Positions 51,132 through 58,947 of a stretch of DNA of 64,000 nucleotides are shown piece by piece. Location of the stretch: the NCBI GenBank assembly GCA_024103195.1, contig JAGFIW010000081.1:8572-72571 (forward strand). Reading direction: 5' to 3'. This DNA is from Saprospiraceae bacterium (GTDB lineage Bacteria; Bacteroidota; Bacteroidia; Chitinophagales; Saprospiraceae). The position numbers were made by a program, and so were the translations under genes. Under the pieces are notes generated by a model. The model had not been told where the DNA came from. It made no database searches and worked only from the letters and a program-made list of their open reading frames with translations. Position 1 is the first letter of the stretch, and every line of letters starts with the position of its first letter.

Positions 51132-52460
51132 ATGAACCAGGAAGAATTTTTGATTTATGCGATTGTCCTGGGATTTTGCTTCCTGGTCATTTGGCTTTAT
51201 TTGCGTCACACCCGACGCAGGTCGCAGGAGACCGAAGTGAAAATTGAACAAGCCAAGTTGGAAGGACTTCATGAACCGGTCTCTCTCCATCCGGTGATTG
51301 ACCTCAATACCTGTATTGGCAGTGCGGCATGTGTGGCCGCTTGTCCGGAGCAGGATATATTGGGATTGCTCAAGGGCAAAGCCCACCTGGTACATGCCTC
51401 CAATTGTGTTGGTCATGGTGCCTGTTTTCACAGTTGTCCCGTAGAGGCGATTTCTCTGGTTATCGGCACTGAAAAACGCGGTGTGGATTTGCCACATGTC
51501 AACCAGGATTACGAGACCAATGTCCAGGGTATTTTCATTGCCGGTGAGTTGGGGGGAATGGGATTGATCAAAAACAGTGTTGAACAGGGACAATCGGCGG
51601 TGGAAAGTATGGTTCGAAACGGATTTCCAGCGGGAGACAAAGAGTACGATCTTATTGTCGTGGGAGCCGGTCCGGCCGGCATTTCGGCCACTTTGACGGC
51701 GCGCAAACACAAATTGCGGTGTCTCACTTTGGAGCAGGATTCTTTGGGAGGTACCGTATTCACTTTTCCAAGGTCAAAAATTGTCATGACGGCTCCCATG
51801 GATCTACCCCTTCATGGCAAGGTGAAATTGTACGACACAAGCAAGCAGGAATTGCTGGAATTATGGCAAGCCGTTCTGCACAAAAACGGCATTTCCATCC
51901 GGGAACATGCCAAAGTGGAGGACATTACCATGGTCGCCGGGGGATTTGAAGTAAGGACATTGCAGGGTGACTGTTTTACCACCAAGAAGGTGTTGTTGGC
52001 CATCGGTCGAAGAGGGAGTCCCAGGAAGTTGGGCATACCGGGCGAGGATACCGAAAAAGTGGCCTACCGATTGCTCGAACCGGAAAACATTCATGACAAA
52101 AATGTGCTGGTGGTTGGGGGGGGAGATTCGGCCATTGAAGCGGCTTTGCTTTTGGCAGAAAACAATGCGGTGACCCTTTCATACCGGAAAGACACCTTCA
52201 GTCGTCTGAAACCCAAAAATCGGGACAAGATCCTGGAGGCGCAGCAACAAGGGGTTGTAGATGTCCAGTTGATGACCAATCCTCTGCGTATCGAAAAACA
52301 CGAAGTGATTCTGAACAAGGAGCCGGAAAATGCGGAGTTTCGGATACCCAATGACCTGGTTTACATTTTCGCCGGAGGGGAGTTGCCCACCCAATTTTTG
52401 GAAAAAACAGGAATACGTATCACCAAGCGATTTGGTTATACAGTACGGAGTTTCTCATGA
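51132..52460 (+). CDS. membrane-anchored 2x[4Fe-4S] ferredoxin-domain / FAD-NAD(P)H oxidoreductase
   Basis: N-terminal TM helix then RHTRRRSQE. CIGSAACVAACP and CVGHGACFHSCP cluster motifs. Dinucleotide folds DLIVVGAGPAGISA and VLVVGGGDSAIEAALLLAE about 158 aa apart (thioredoxin-reductase-like). ATG 51132 is 2 nt after the upstream stop. Confidence 0.8.
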   Translation: MNQEEFLIYAIVLGFCFLVIWLYLRHTRRRSQETEVKIEQAKLEGLHEPVSLHPVIDLNTCIGSAACVAACPEQDILGLLKGKAHLVHASNCVGHGACFHSCPVEAISLVIGTEKRGVDLPHVNQDYETNVQGIFIAGELGGMGLIKNSVEQGQSAVESMVRNGFPAGDKEYDLIVVGAGPAGISATLTARKHKLRCLTLEQDSLGGTVFTFPRSKIVMTAPMDLPLHGKVKLYDTSKQELLELWQAVLHKNGISIREHAKVEDITMVAGGFEVRTLQGDCFTTKKVLLAIGRRGSPRKLGIPGEDTEKVAYRLLEPENIHDKNVLVVGGGDSAIEAALLLAENNAVTLSYRKDTFSRLKPKNRDKILEAQQQGVVDVQLMTNPLRIEKHEVILNKEPENAEFRIPNDLVYIFAGGELPTQFLEKTGIRITKRFGYTVRSFS

Positions 52461-54385
52461 GGAATTTCCAAGTAGCGACGCAATCCTTCCATCCGGATAC
52501 ATTTTCCGGGTGTTGGCAAGCCGTCAGGAATGCTGCAACGGGTCTTGTAGGACAGTCCGGTAAAAGGAAATTTCTGACCGGGAAATTCATCTGCCTGTTA
52601 GTCCTTGGTTTCATCCGGACGGGATGGTCGCAATTGTCTCCCGGACCATTGGCGCAGGCCCATGCTCATCTGGAAGGCGTCAGAAATTGCACCCAATGTC
52701 ACGTCCTTGGCGAAAAGGTTTCCAATGACAAATGCCTGGCTTGTCACAAGGAAATCCGCCAGCTGCTCGGACAGCAGAGGGGATATCATGCCAGCCCGGG
52801 TGTAAAGGGCAAGGAGTGTGCATCTTGCCACAGTGACCATCACGGGCGAAATTTTACGCTCATCCGGTTCGAGGAAAAAACCTTTGATCACAAGTTGGCG
52901 GGATACCCGCTTACGGGGGCACATGCCCGTATTGATTGCCGTTCTTGTCACAAGGCCGATTTCATCAAGGATGCCGAACTGAAGAAGGATCGGGATACTT
53001 ACCTGGGCCTTGACAATGCATGTCTTGGTTGTCATGCCGATTACCATCGCCAGACGCTTTCGTCAGATTGTGCGAAATGTCATGGTACCGAAAGCTTTGT
53101 CCCTGCTTCATTATTCAATCATGACCGTACTGAATTTCCCCTCAAGGGGAAGCACCGAACAACTGCCTGTGTTGACTGCCATCCCAAAGAGACGCGTGAC
53201 GGTCAACCCTTTCAAAAGTTTACCGGATTGGCATTCGGAAAATGCACGGATTGTCATTCGGAGGTCCACCAGAGTATCCATGTGAAGGATTGCAGGGATT
53301 GCCACACGGAGCAATCCTTTTCCGCCATTCCTGTGGCTACCACCCGGTTCAATCACAAGGAAACCGGATTCCCGCTTCGCGGCCGGCATCAGAAGCTGGA
53401 ATGTGCCGCTTGTCACGACACCGGCCTGCCCCCGTCCGAAGTGCTCCGTGACAGGAAGGGCATAAAGGCGGATCAATGCGTTGTCTGCCATGAGGATCCA
53501 CACGAAGGTCGTTTTGGATCATCCTGTGCCTCGTGCCATTCGGAATCGTCCTTCCATGACGTGGCCATCTCGCTGGATTTTGATCATGACCAAACGGATT
53601 TTCCCCTTTTGGGGCGGCATCGGGCGGTGGATTGCCGGCTTTGTCATGAGGATGGTTTTACCACTCCTTTGGCCCATGAATCCTGCCATTCATGTCATGA
53701 GGATTACCACAAAGGCGAATTTGAGCGAGAAGGCCAAGGACCGGATTGCCGGGAATGCCATACAGTTGAAGGATTCCAGGGTAGTTTGTTTACCATTGAG
53801 CGACATGCCGGCACCAATTTTCCGCTGGAGGGCGCCCATCAGGCGACCCCTTGTTTTTCCTGCCATATGAAGGAAGAGAGGTGGACATTCAGAAATCTTG
53901 ACGTTCGTTGTGTGGGTTGTCATGAAGACGTCCACAAGGATCAGATTCCTGCCCGGTATTACCCTGGAAAAACTTGTGAATCCTGTCACCGGCCTACTTC
54001 CTGGGGGGACAACCACTTTGACCACAACCAGACCCAATTCCCGCTCCAGGGCGCCCATGGCAGGCAGCCGTGCCGGGAATGCCATGTGCCGGATACTGGA
54101 TTCCCGTATGGGAAGTTCGTATCTTTGGGGCGTGCCTGTGTCACCTGTCACGAGGACGAGCATCGCGGTCAGTTTCTATCGGGTGAAGTCGTCGATTGTG
54201 TCCGTTGCCATGGATATGACTCCTGGAAAATAGCTTTTTTTGACCATGACCGCACCGCGTTCCCCCTGGAAGGTCGACACAAAGAGGTGTCCTGTGATGG
54301 ATGCCATGTCGAGGTGGAAAAGGAGGGCGACCGATTCGTGTGGTACAAAATAGAGCGTTTCGCGTGCGCCGATTGCCACAAATAG
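52457..54385 (+). CDS. 23-haem c-type cytochrome built from c7/c3-like trihaem repeats
   Basis: 23 CXXCH counted in 642 aa. Recurrent linker F-D/N-H-x2-T-x-F-P-L-x-G-x-H occurs seven times. Signal peptide KFICLLVLGFIRTGWSQ. ATGA overlap with the upstream gene. Confidence 0.9.
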   Translation: MRNFQVATQSFHPDTFSGCWQAVRNAATGLVGQSGKRKFLTGKFICLLVLGFIRTGWSQLSPGPLAQAHAHLEGVRNCTQCHVLGEKVSNDKCLACHKEIRQLLGQQRGYHASPGVKGKECASCHSDHHGRNFTLIRFEEKTFDHKLAGYPLTGAHARIDCRSCHKADFIKDAELKKDRDTYLGLDNACLGCHADYHRQTLSSDCAKCHGTESFVPASLFNHDRTEFPLKGKHRTTACVDCHPKETRDGQPFQKFTGLAFGKCTDCHSEVHQSIHVKDCRDCHTEQSFSAIPVATTRFNHKETGFPLRGRHQKLECAACHDTGLPPSEVLRDRKGIKADQCVVCHEDPHEGRFGSSCASCHSESSFHDVAISLDFDHDQTDFPLLGRHRAVDCRLCHEDGFTTPLAHESCHSCHEDYHKGEFEREGQGPDCRECHTVEGFQGSLFTIERHAGTNFPLEGAHQATPCFSCHMKEERWTFRNLDVRCVGCHEDVHKDQIPARYYPGKTCESCHRPTSWGDNHFDHNQTQFPLQGAHGRQPCRECHVPDTGFPYGKFVSLGRACVTCHEDEHRGQFLSGEVVDCVRCHGYDSWKIAFFDHDRTAFPLEGRHKEVSCDGCHVEVEKEGDRFVWYKIERFACADCHK

Positions 54386-57300
54386 CGTTCTGCCTCGCCC
54401 TGGTCACCTCACTGGGCGCCCAGTCTCCGCATGGTCCGGCCTTTGCCTTGCAATGTGCCGACTGTCATACAACCGATGGTTGGAAGACCATGCGGAAAGA
54501 CATGGTGTTCGACCATGCCACCACGAATTTCCAACTGGAAGGAAGGCATCGCACGGTAGATTGCAGGGCGTGTCATTCCACTCTTGTGTTCGGGGAGGCT
54601 GAGACGGATTGCGTTTCCTGCCATACAGATGTCCATCAGCAAACCGTTGGACAGGACTGTGCGCGTTGTCATCATACGGAAAACTGGTTGGTGGATGACA
54701 TTTCAGGCATCCATCAGGACAATGGATTCCCGTTGGTTGGCGCACATGCCGCTGCCCAGTGTTTTGATTGCCACGTTTCGGAAAGCGACCTGCGATTTGA
54801 TCGTTTGGGGAACGATTGTATTTCCTGCCATCGGGAAGATTACCAGGGTACGACAAATCCCAACCACCAGGAAGCGGGATTTTCCCTCCAATGTGCCGAT
54901 TGTCATGATCCGGTTCGGTTTGGTTGGGAATCAGGGCCTGTTGAACATGATTTTTTCCCGCTCACCAAGGGGCATGACATCGCGGATTGCGGGCAGTGCC
55001 ACACAGGTGGGGATTTTACCCAGACGCCGACGGATTGCGCCGCCTGTCACCAGGCCGACTTTGATGCCACTTCCCAACCCAGTCATACGATGGCAGGCTT
55101 CCCTACCGACTGTCGCATGTGTCACACGACAGATCCCGGCTGGATGCCTGCCGAATTTCGGGATCACGACGGATTGTATTTCCCCGTTTATTCGGGAGCG
55201 CATGAAGGAACCTGGTCCTCTTGCACGGAATGCCATCAGAACCAGGGGGATTTCGGTGAATTCACCTGCCTGACCTGTCACCAGCCGCAGGAAACGGACG
55301 ATGAACACCAGGGAATTGGCGGCTACATCTATCAAAGCCAGGCTTGTCTGGCATGTCACCCCACCGGCAATGCGGATGACATCTTTGATCACAATGCGAC
55401 CGCATTCCCGTTGACCGGAGCCCATGTGGATGTGGATTGCGCGGCCTGTCACGGCGGAGGATTCCAGGGCACACCTACAGAATGTGCCGCCTGCCATATG
55501 CCAGCTTTTGATCAGACCAACAATCCTGATCACGGAGATCTCGGCTTTCCTGCGGATTGCGCGGCCTGTCATACCACGGCGCCGGATTGGACACCTGCCG
55601 GCATGCCGGACCATGACGCCTATTATGCGCTGAATGGAGCACACGCGCTTATTCGGGATGATTGCTCCTCTTGTCATCATGGGGATTACAACAATACCCC
55701 CAATACCTGCTGGGGTTGTCACCAGAATGATTTCCAGAACACCCTTGATCCTGATCATGAGGCCCTCAACTTTTCAACGGATTGCATTACCTGCCATACG
55801 GAATCAGCATGGTCGCCAACCGCCTTCGATCATGACGGACAGTTTTTTCCGATTTACAGTGGCCAACACGAAGGTGAATGGATGTCCTGCACCGATTGCC
55901 ACAACAATCCTTCCCAATATGCCGATTTCACTTGTCTGACCTGCCATCTCAATCCCGAAACGGATGACCAGCATCAGGGCATTTTGGGTTATGTCTACGC
56001 GAGTACGGCTTGTTTGGCTTGCCATCCGACGGGCAGTGCCGACGATGTCTTTGATCACAACCAAACCGGTTTTTCCCTGACGGGTGCTCATTTGACCACT
56101 GATTGCCTGGAATGTCATGCCGGAGGATTCAGCGGCACCCCAACGGCATGCAATGCCTGCCATTCGGAGGATTTCAACCAGGCGGGAAATCCCAATCATG
56201 TGGCGTTAGGTTTGCCGATGGATTGCGCCTCCTGTCACAGTACGGAGCCCGGATGGAGTCCCGCCCAGTTTCCGGACCACGACAATTATTATGCGTTGGT
56301 TGGTGCCCATGCGATGATCGCTATGGATTGCGCCGCCTGTCATAACGGGGATTACCAGAATACACCCAATACCTGTGCGGGTTGCCACCAGAAGGATTAC
56401 GACCAAACGAATGATCCCAACCATGCAAGTCTCCAGTTCAGTACTGACTGCGCCTCCTGTCATAATGAATCCGCCTGGGAGCCATCCTCTTTTGATCATG
56501 ACGGACAGTATTTCCCCATTAACAGTGGTGCGCATGCCGGTGAATGGACGACTTGTACGGATTGTCACATGAATCCTGGGGATTGGGCTGATTTTACTTG
56601 TCTGACATGCCATCTCAATCCCGAGACCGAGGATCAACATCAGGGTGTCCAGGGCTTTGTCTATGTCAGCACAGCCTGTCTGGCTTGTCACCCCACGGGT
56701 AGCGCGGATGACATTTTCGATCATGACCAGACCGGGTTTGCGCTGACCGGCGCTCACCAGCAGGCAGATTGTCTGGATTGTCATGCGGGAGGCTTTGCGG
56801 GAACGCCAACGGCATGCAGTGCCTGCCATTTGGAAGATTTCAACCAAGCGGTCAATCCCAACCATATGACCTTGGGTTTGCCTATGGATTGTGCTTCCTG
56901 TCACAGTACGGAGCCAGGATGGAGCCCTGCCCAGTTTCCGGACCACGACAGCTATTACCCGTTGTTGGGCGCCCATGCGATGATCGCCATGGATTGCGCC
57001 GCCTGTCACAACGGGGATTACCAGAATACACCCAATACTTGTGCGGGTTGCCATCTGGAAGATTTTCAGCAAACCACGGATCCGGATCATGAAGCTGCCC
57101 AATTCAATACCGACTGTGCTTCATGCCACTCTGAAAATGCCTGGAGCCCAGCCCAGTTTGACCATGACGGGCAGTATTTCCCCATCTACAGCGGCAAGCA
57201 TGAAGGGGAGTGGAGCCAGTGTACGGATTGCCATACGGATCCCGGGAATTACGCCACTTTCAGTTGCACAGGGTGTCATGTCAATCCGGAAACGGATGAC

Positions 57301-58944
57301 CATCATGCCGGAATACCGGGGTATTCATACAGCAGTCCTTCCTGTCTGGCCTGCCATCCGACGGGCAGTGCCGACGACCCTTTTGACCACAGCCAAACCA
57401 ATTTTCCGCTAACAGGTGCCCACGTATCCGTTTCCTGCATCGAATGCCATGCAGGAGGCTACCAGGGAACACCCATGAATTGTGATGCCTGCCATCTCGG
57501 AGATTTCAACCAGGCCAGCAATCCCAATCACCTGACCCTGGGCCTTTCGACCGATTGTATGACTTGTCACACCACCGATCCAGGCTGGAGTCCGGCTTCA
57601 TTTCCTGTTCACAATGATTTTTGGGTCATCGACGGGGCTCATATCCCCGTAGCGAACGAATGTGCACTGTGCCATAACGGGGATTACAACAATACCCCCA
57701 ATACCTGTTCGGGATGTCATTTGCCGGATTACAATCAATCCGTCAATCCGGACCATGGTGCATTGGGATTTCCTACCGATTGTGCCACCTGTCATACGAC
57801 AGATCCGGGTTGGAGTCCTGCAGAATTTCCCCAGCATAATGATTATTGGGTCATTGATGGGGCCCATGTTCCCATTGCCCAGGACTGCGCCGCATGTCAT
57901 AATGGTGACTATCAAAACACACCCAATACCTGTGCGGGTTGTCACCAGGAAGACTACAACCAGAGTCTGAATCCCAACCACATCTCTTTGGGGTTGCCCA
58001 TGGATTGTGCCCAATGTCACACCACGGCACCCGACTGGATGCCGGCCACCTTCCCCTTGCATGATGCCTATTGGCCGATTACAGGGGCGCATACCGCCAT
58101 TGCCAATGACTGTGCAGCATGCCACGGGGGTGATTACAACAACACACCCAACACTTGTTATGGGTGTCATACCGAGGATTACAATCAAACGTCAAATCCG
58201 GACCATCAGGCGGCACAATTCCCCACCGATTGCACCCAATGTCACAATCAGGATGCCTGGACACCTGCCACTCTTGATCACAACCTGTTTTGGCCTTTGA
58301 CGGGGGCTCATGCGGCCATTGCCAACGATTGCAATGCCTGTCACAATGGCAATTACAACAATACCCCCAATGCTTGTTCCGCATGTCATACCGATGATTA
58401 CAACCAGAGTGCAAATCCAAGTCATGCTTCGTTGGGCTTGCCAATGGATTGTGCGATGTGCCATACCACGGATCCGGATTGGATGCCGGCCACTTTCCCC
58501 ATTCATGATGATTTCTGGCCTTTGACGGGGGCTCATGCGGCCATTGCCAATGAGTGTTCGACCTGTCACAACGGCAATTACAACAATACGCCCAATACGT
58601 GCTACGGTTGTCACATGGCCGATTACAATGGGACCAACAATCCGGACCATGCTGCGGCAGGATTTCCGACGACTTGCGAAAATTGCCATACTACCTCGGC
58701 CTGGACTCCTTCCAATTGGGATCATGACAGCCAATATTTCCCCATTTACAGCGGGAAGCATGATGGAGAATGGAATCAATGTACGGACTGCCACACCGTG
58801 CCGGGCAATTACGCGATTTTCAGTTGTATCGATTGTCACCAGCATGACGACCCTGCTGAAGTTGGTGATGACCATCAGGGGGTACCGGGATATTCCTACA
58901 ATAGCCAGGCCTGTTATGATTGTCACCCGACGGGTGAAGATTAA
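54364..58944 (+). CDS. 61-haem modular giant c-type cytochrome
   Basis: 61 CXXCH counted by hand. A GTG 54364 start gives a canonical signal peptide (M)RRLPQIAFCLALVTSLGAQS with 22-nt overlap of the upstream gene. The alternative ATG 54301 would overlap by 85 nt. Ends CYDCHPTGED. Confidence 0.9.
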   Translation: MRRLPQIAFCLALVTSLGAQSPHGPAFALQCADCHTTDGWKTMRKDMVFDHATTNFQLEGRHRTVDCRACHSTLVFGEAETDCVSCHTDVHQQTVGQDCARCHHTENWLVDDISGIHQDNGFPLVGAHAAAQCFDCHVSESDLRFDRLGNDCISCHREDYQGTTNPNHQEAGFSLQCADCHDPVRFGWESGPVEHDFFPLTKGHDIADCGQCHTGGDFTQTPTDCAACHQADFDATSQPSHTMAGFPTDCRMCHTTDPGWMPAEFRDHDGLYFPVYSGAHEGTWSSCTECHQNQGDFGEFTCLTCHQPQETDDEHQGIGGYIYQSQACLACHPTGNADDIFDHNATAFPLTGAHVDVDCAACHGGGFQGTPTECAACHMPAFDQTNNPDHGDLGFPADCAACHTTAPDWTPAGMPDHDAYYALNGAHALIRDDCSSCHHGDYNNTPNTCWGCHQNDFQNTLDPDHEALNFSTDCITCHTESAWSPTAFDHDGQFFPIYSGQHEGEWMSCTDCHNNPSQYADFTCLTCHLNPETDDQHQGILGYVYASTACLACHPTGSADDVFDHNQTGFSLTGAHLTTDCLECHAGGFSGTPTACNACHSEDFNQAGNPNHVALGLPMDCASCHSTEPGWSPAQFPDHDNYYALVGAHAMIAMDCAACHNGDYQNTPNTCAGCHQKDYDQTNDPNHASLQFSTDCASCHNESAWEPSSFDHDGQYFPINSGAHAGEWTTCTDCHMNPGDWADFTCLTCHLNPETEDQHQGVQGFVYVSTACLACHPTGSADDIFDHDQTGFALTGAHQQADCLDCHAGGFAGTPTACSACHLEDFNQAVNPNHMTLGLPMDCASCHSTEPGWSPAQFPDHDSYYPLLGAHAMIAMDCAACHNGDYQNTPNTCAGCHLEDFQQTTDPDHEAAQFNTDCASCHSENAWSPAQFDHDGQYFPIYSGKHEGEWSQCTDCHTDPGNYATFSCTGCHVNPETDDHHAGIPGYSYSSPSCLACHPTGSADDPFDHSQTNFPLTGAHVSVSCIECHAGGYQGTPMNCDACHLGDFNQASNPNHLTLGLSTDCMTCHTTDPGWSPASFPVHNDFWVIDGAHIPVANECALCHNGDYNNTPNTCSGCHLPDYNQSVNPDHGALGFPTDCATCHTTDPGWSPAEFPQHNDYWVIDGAHVPIAQDCAACHNGDYQNTPNTCAGCHQEDYNQSLNPNHISLGLPMDCAQCHTTAPDWMPATFPLHDAYWPITGAHTAIANDCAACHGGDYNNTPNTCYGCHTEDYNQTSNPDHQAAQFPTDCTQCHNQDAWTPATLDHNLFWPLTGAHAAIANDCNACHNGNYNNTPNACSACHTDDYNQSANPSHASLGLPMDCAMCHTTDPDWMPATFPIHDDFWPLTGAHAAIANECSTCHNGNYNNTPNTCYGCHMADYNGTNNPDHAAAGFPTTCENCHTTSAWTPSNWDHDSQYFPIYSGKHDGEWNQCTDCHTVPGNYAIFSCIDCHQHDDPAEVGDDHQGVPGYSYNSQACYDCHPTGED
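54889..57552 (+). repeat. four tandem 666-bp (222-codon, nine-haem) units inside the 61-haem gene
   Basis: Equivalent positions fall at 54889, 55555, 56221, 56887 and 57553, in exact 666-bp register. Units 3 and 4 are about 90% identical over their first ~170 nt by manual alignment. Confidence 0.85.
57553..58671 (+). repeat. five tandem trihaem units (225/225/225/219/225 bp) inside the 61-haem gene
   Basis: GAT-TGx (Asp-Cys) unit starts at 57553, 57778, 58003, 58228 and 58447. Consensus DCxxCHTTDPxWxPAxFPxHDxxWxxxGAHxxIAxxCxxCHNGxYxNTPNTCxGCHxxDYNQxxNPxHxxxGxP. Confidence 0.85.
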
Positions 58945-58947
58945 TTG

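Noticed and set aside
54301-54363. ATG 54301 as the start of the 61-haem cytochrome
   Set aside because: It would overlap the upstream gene by 85 nt and put 21 extra basic residues ahead of the signal peptide. GTG 54364 gives a canonical n-h-c signal. It remains possible, so it is flagged in the feature evidence.
54889-58671. Regular periodic repeats that could suggest a CRISPR array or satellite
   Set aside because: The periods are 666 and 225 bp, both multiples of three. The repeats are fully in frame and encode haem-binding modules. There is no short repeat/spacer structure and there are no cas genes.
58700-58944. T9SS export of the giant cytochrome
   Set aside because: The C-terminus is another haem module ending CYDCHPTGED. 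There is nothing like the type-A or type-B CTDs seen at 13332-13560 and 28616-28850.
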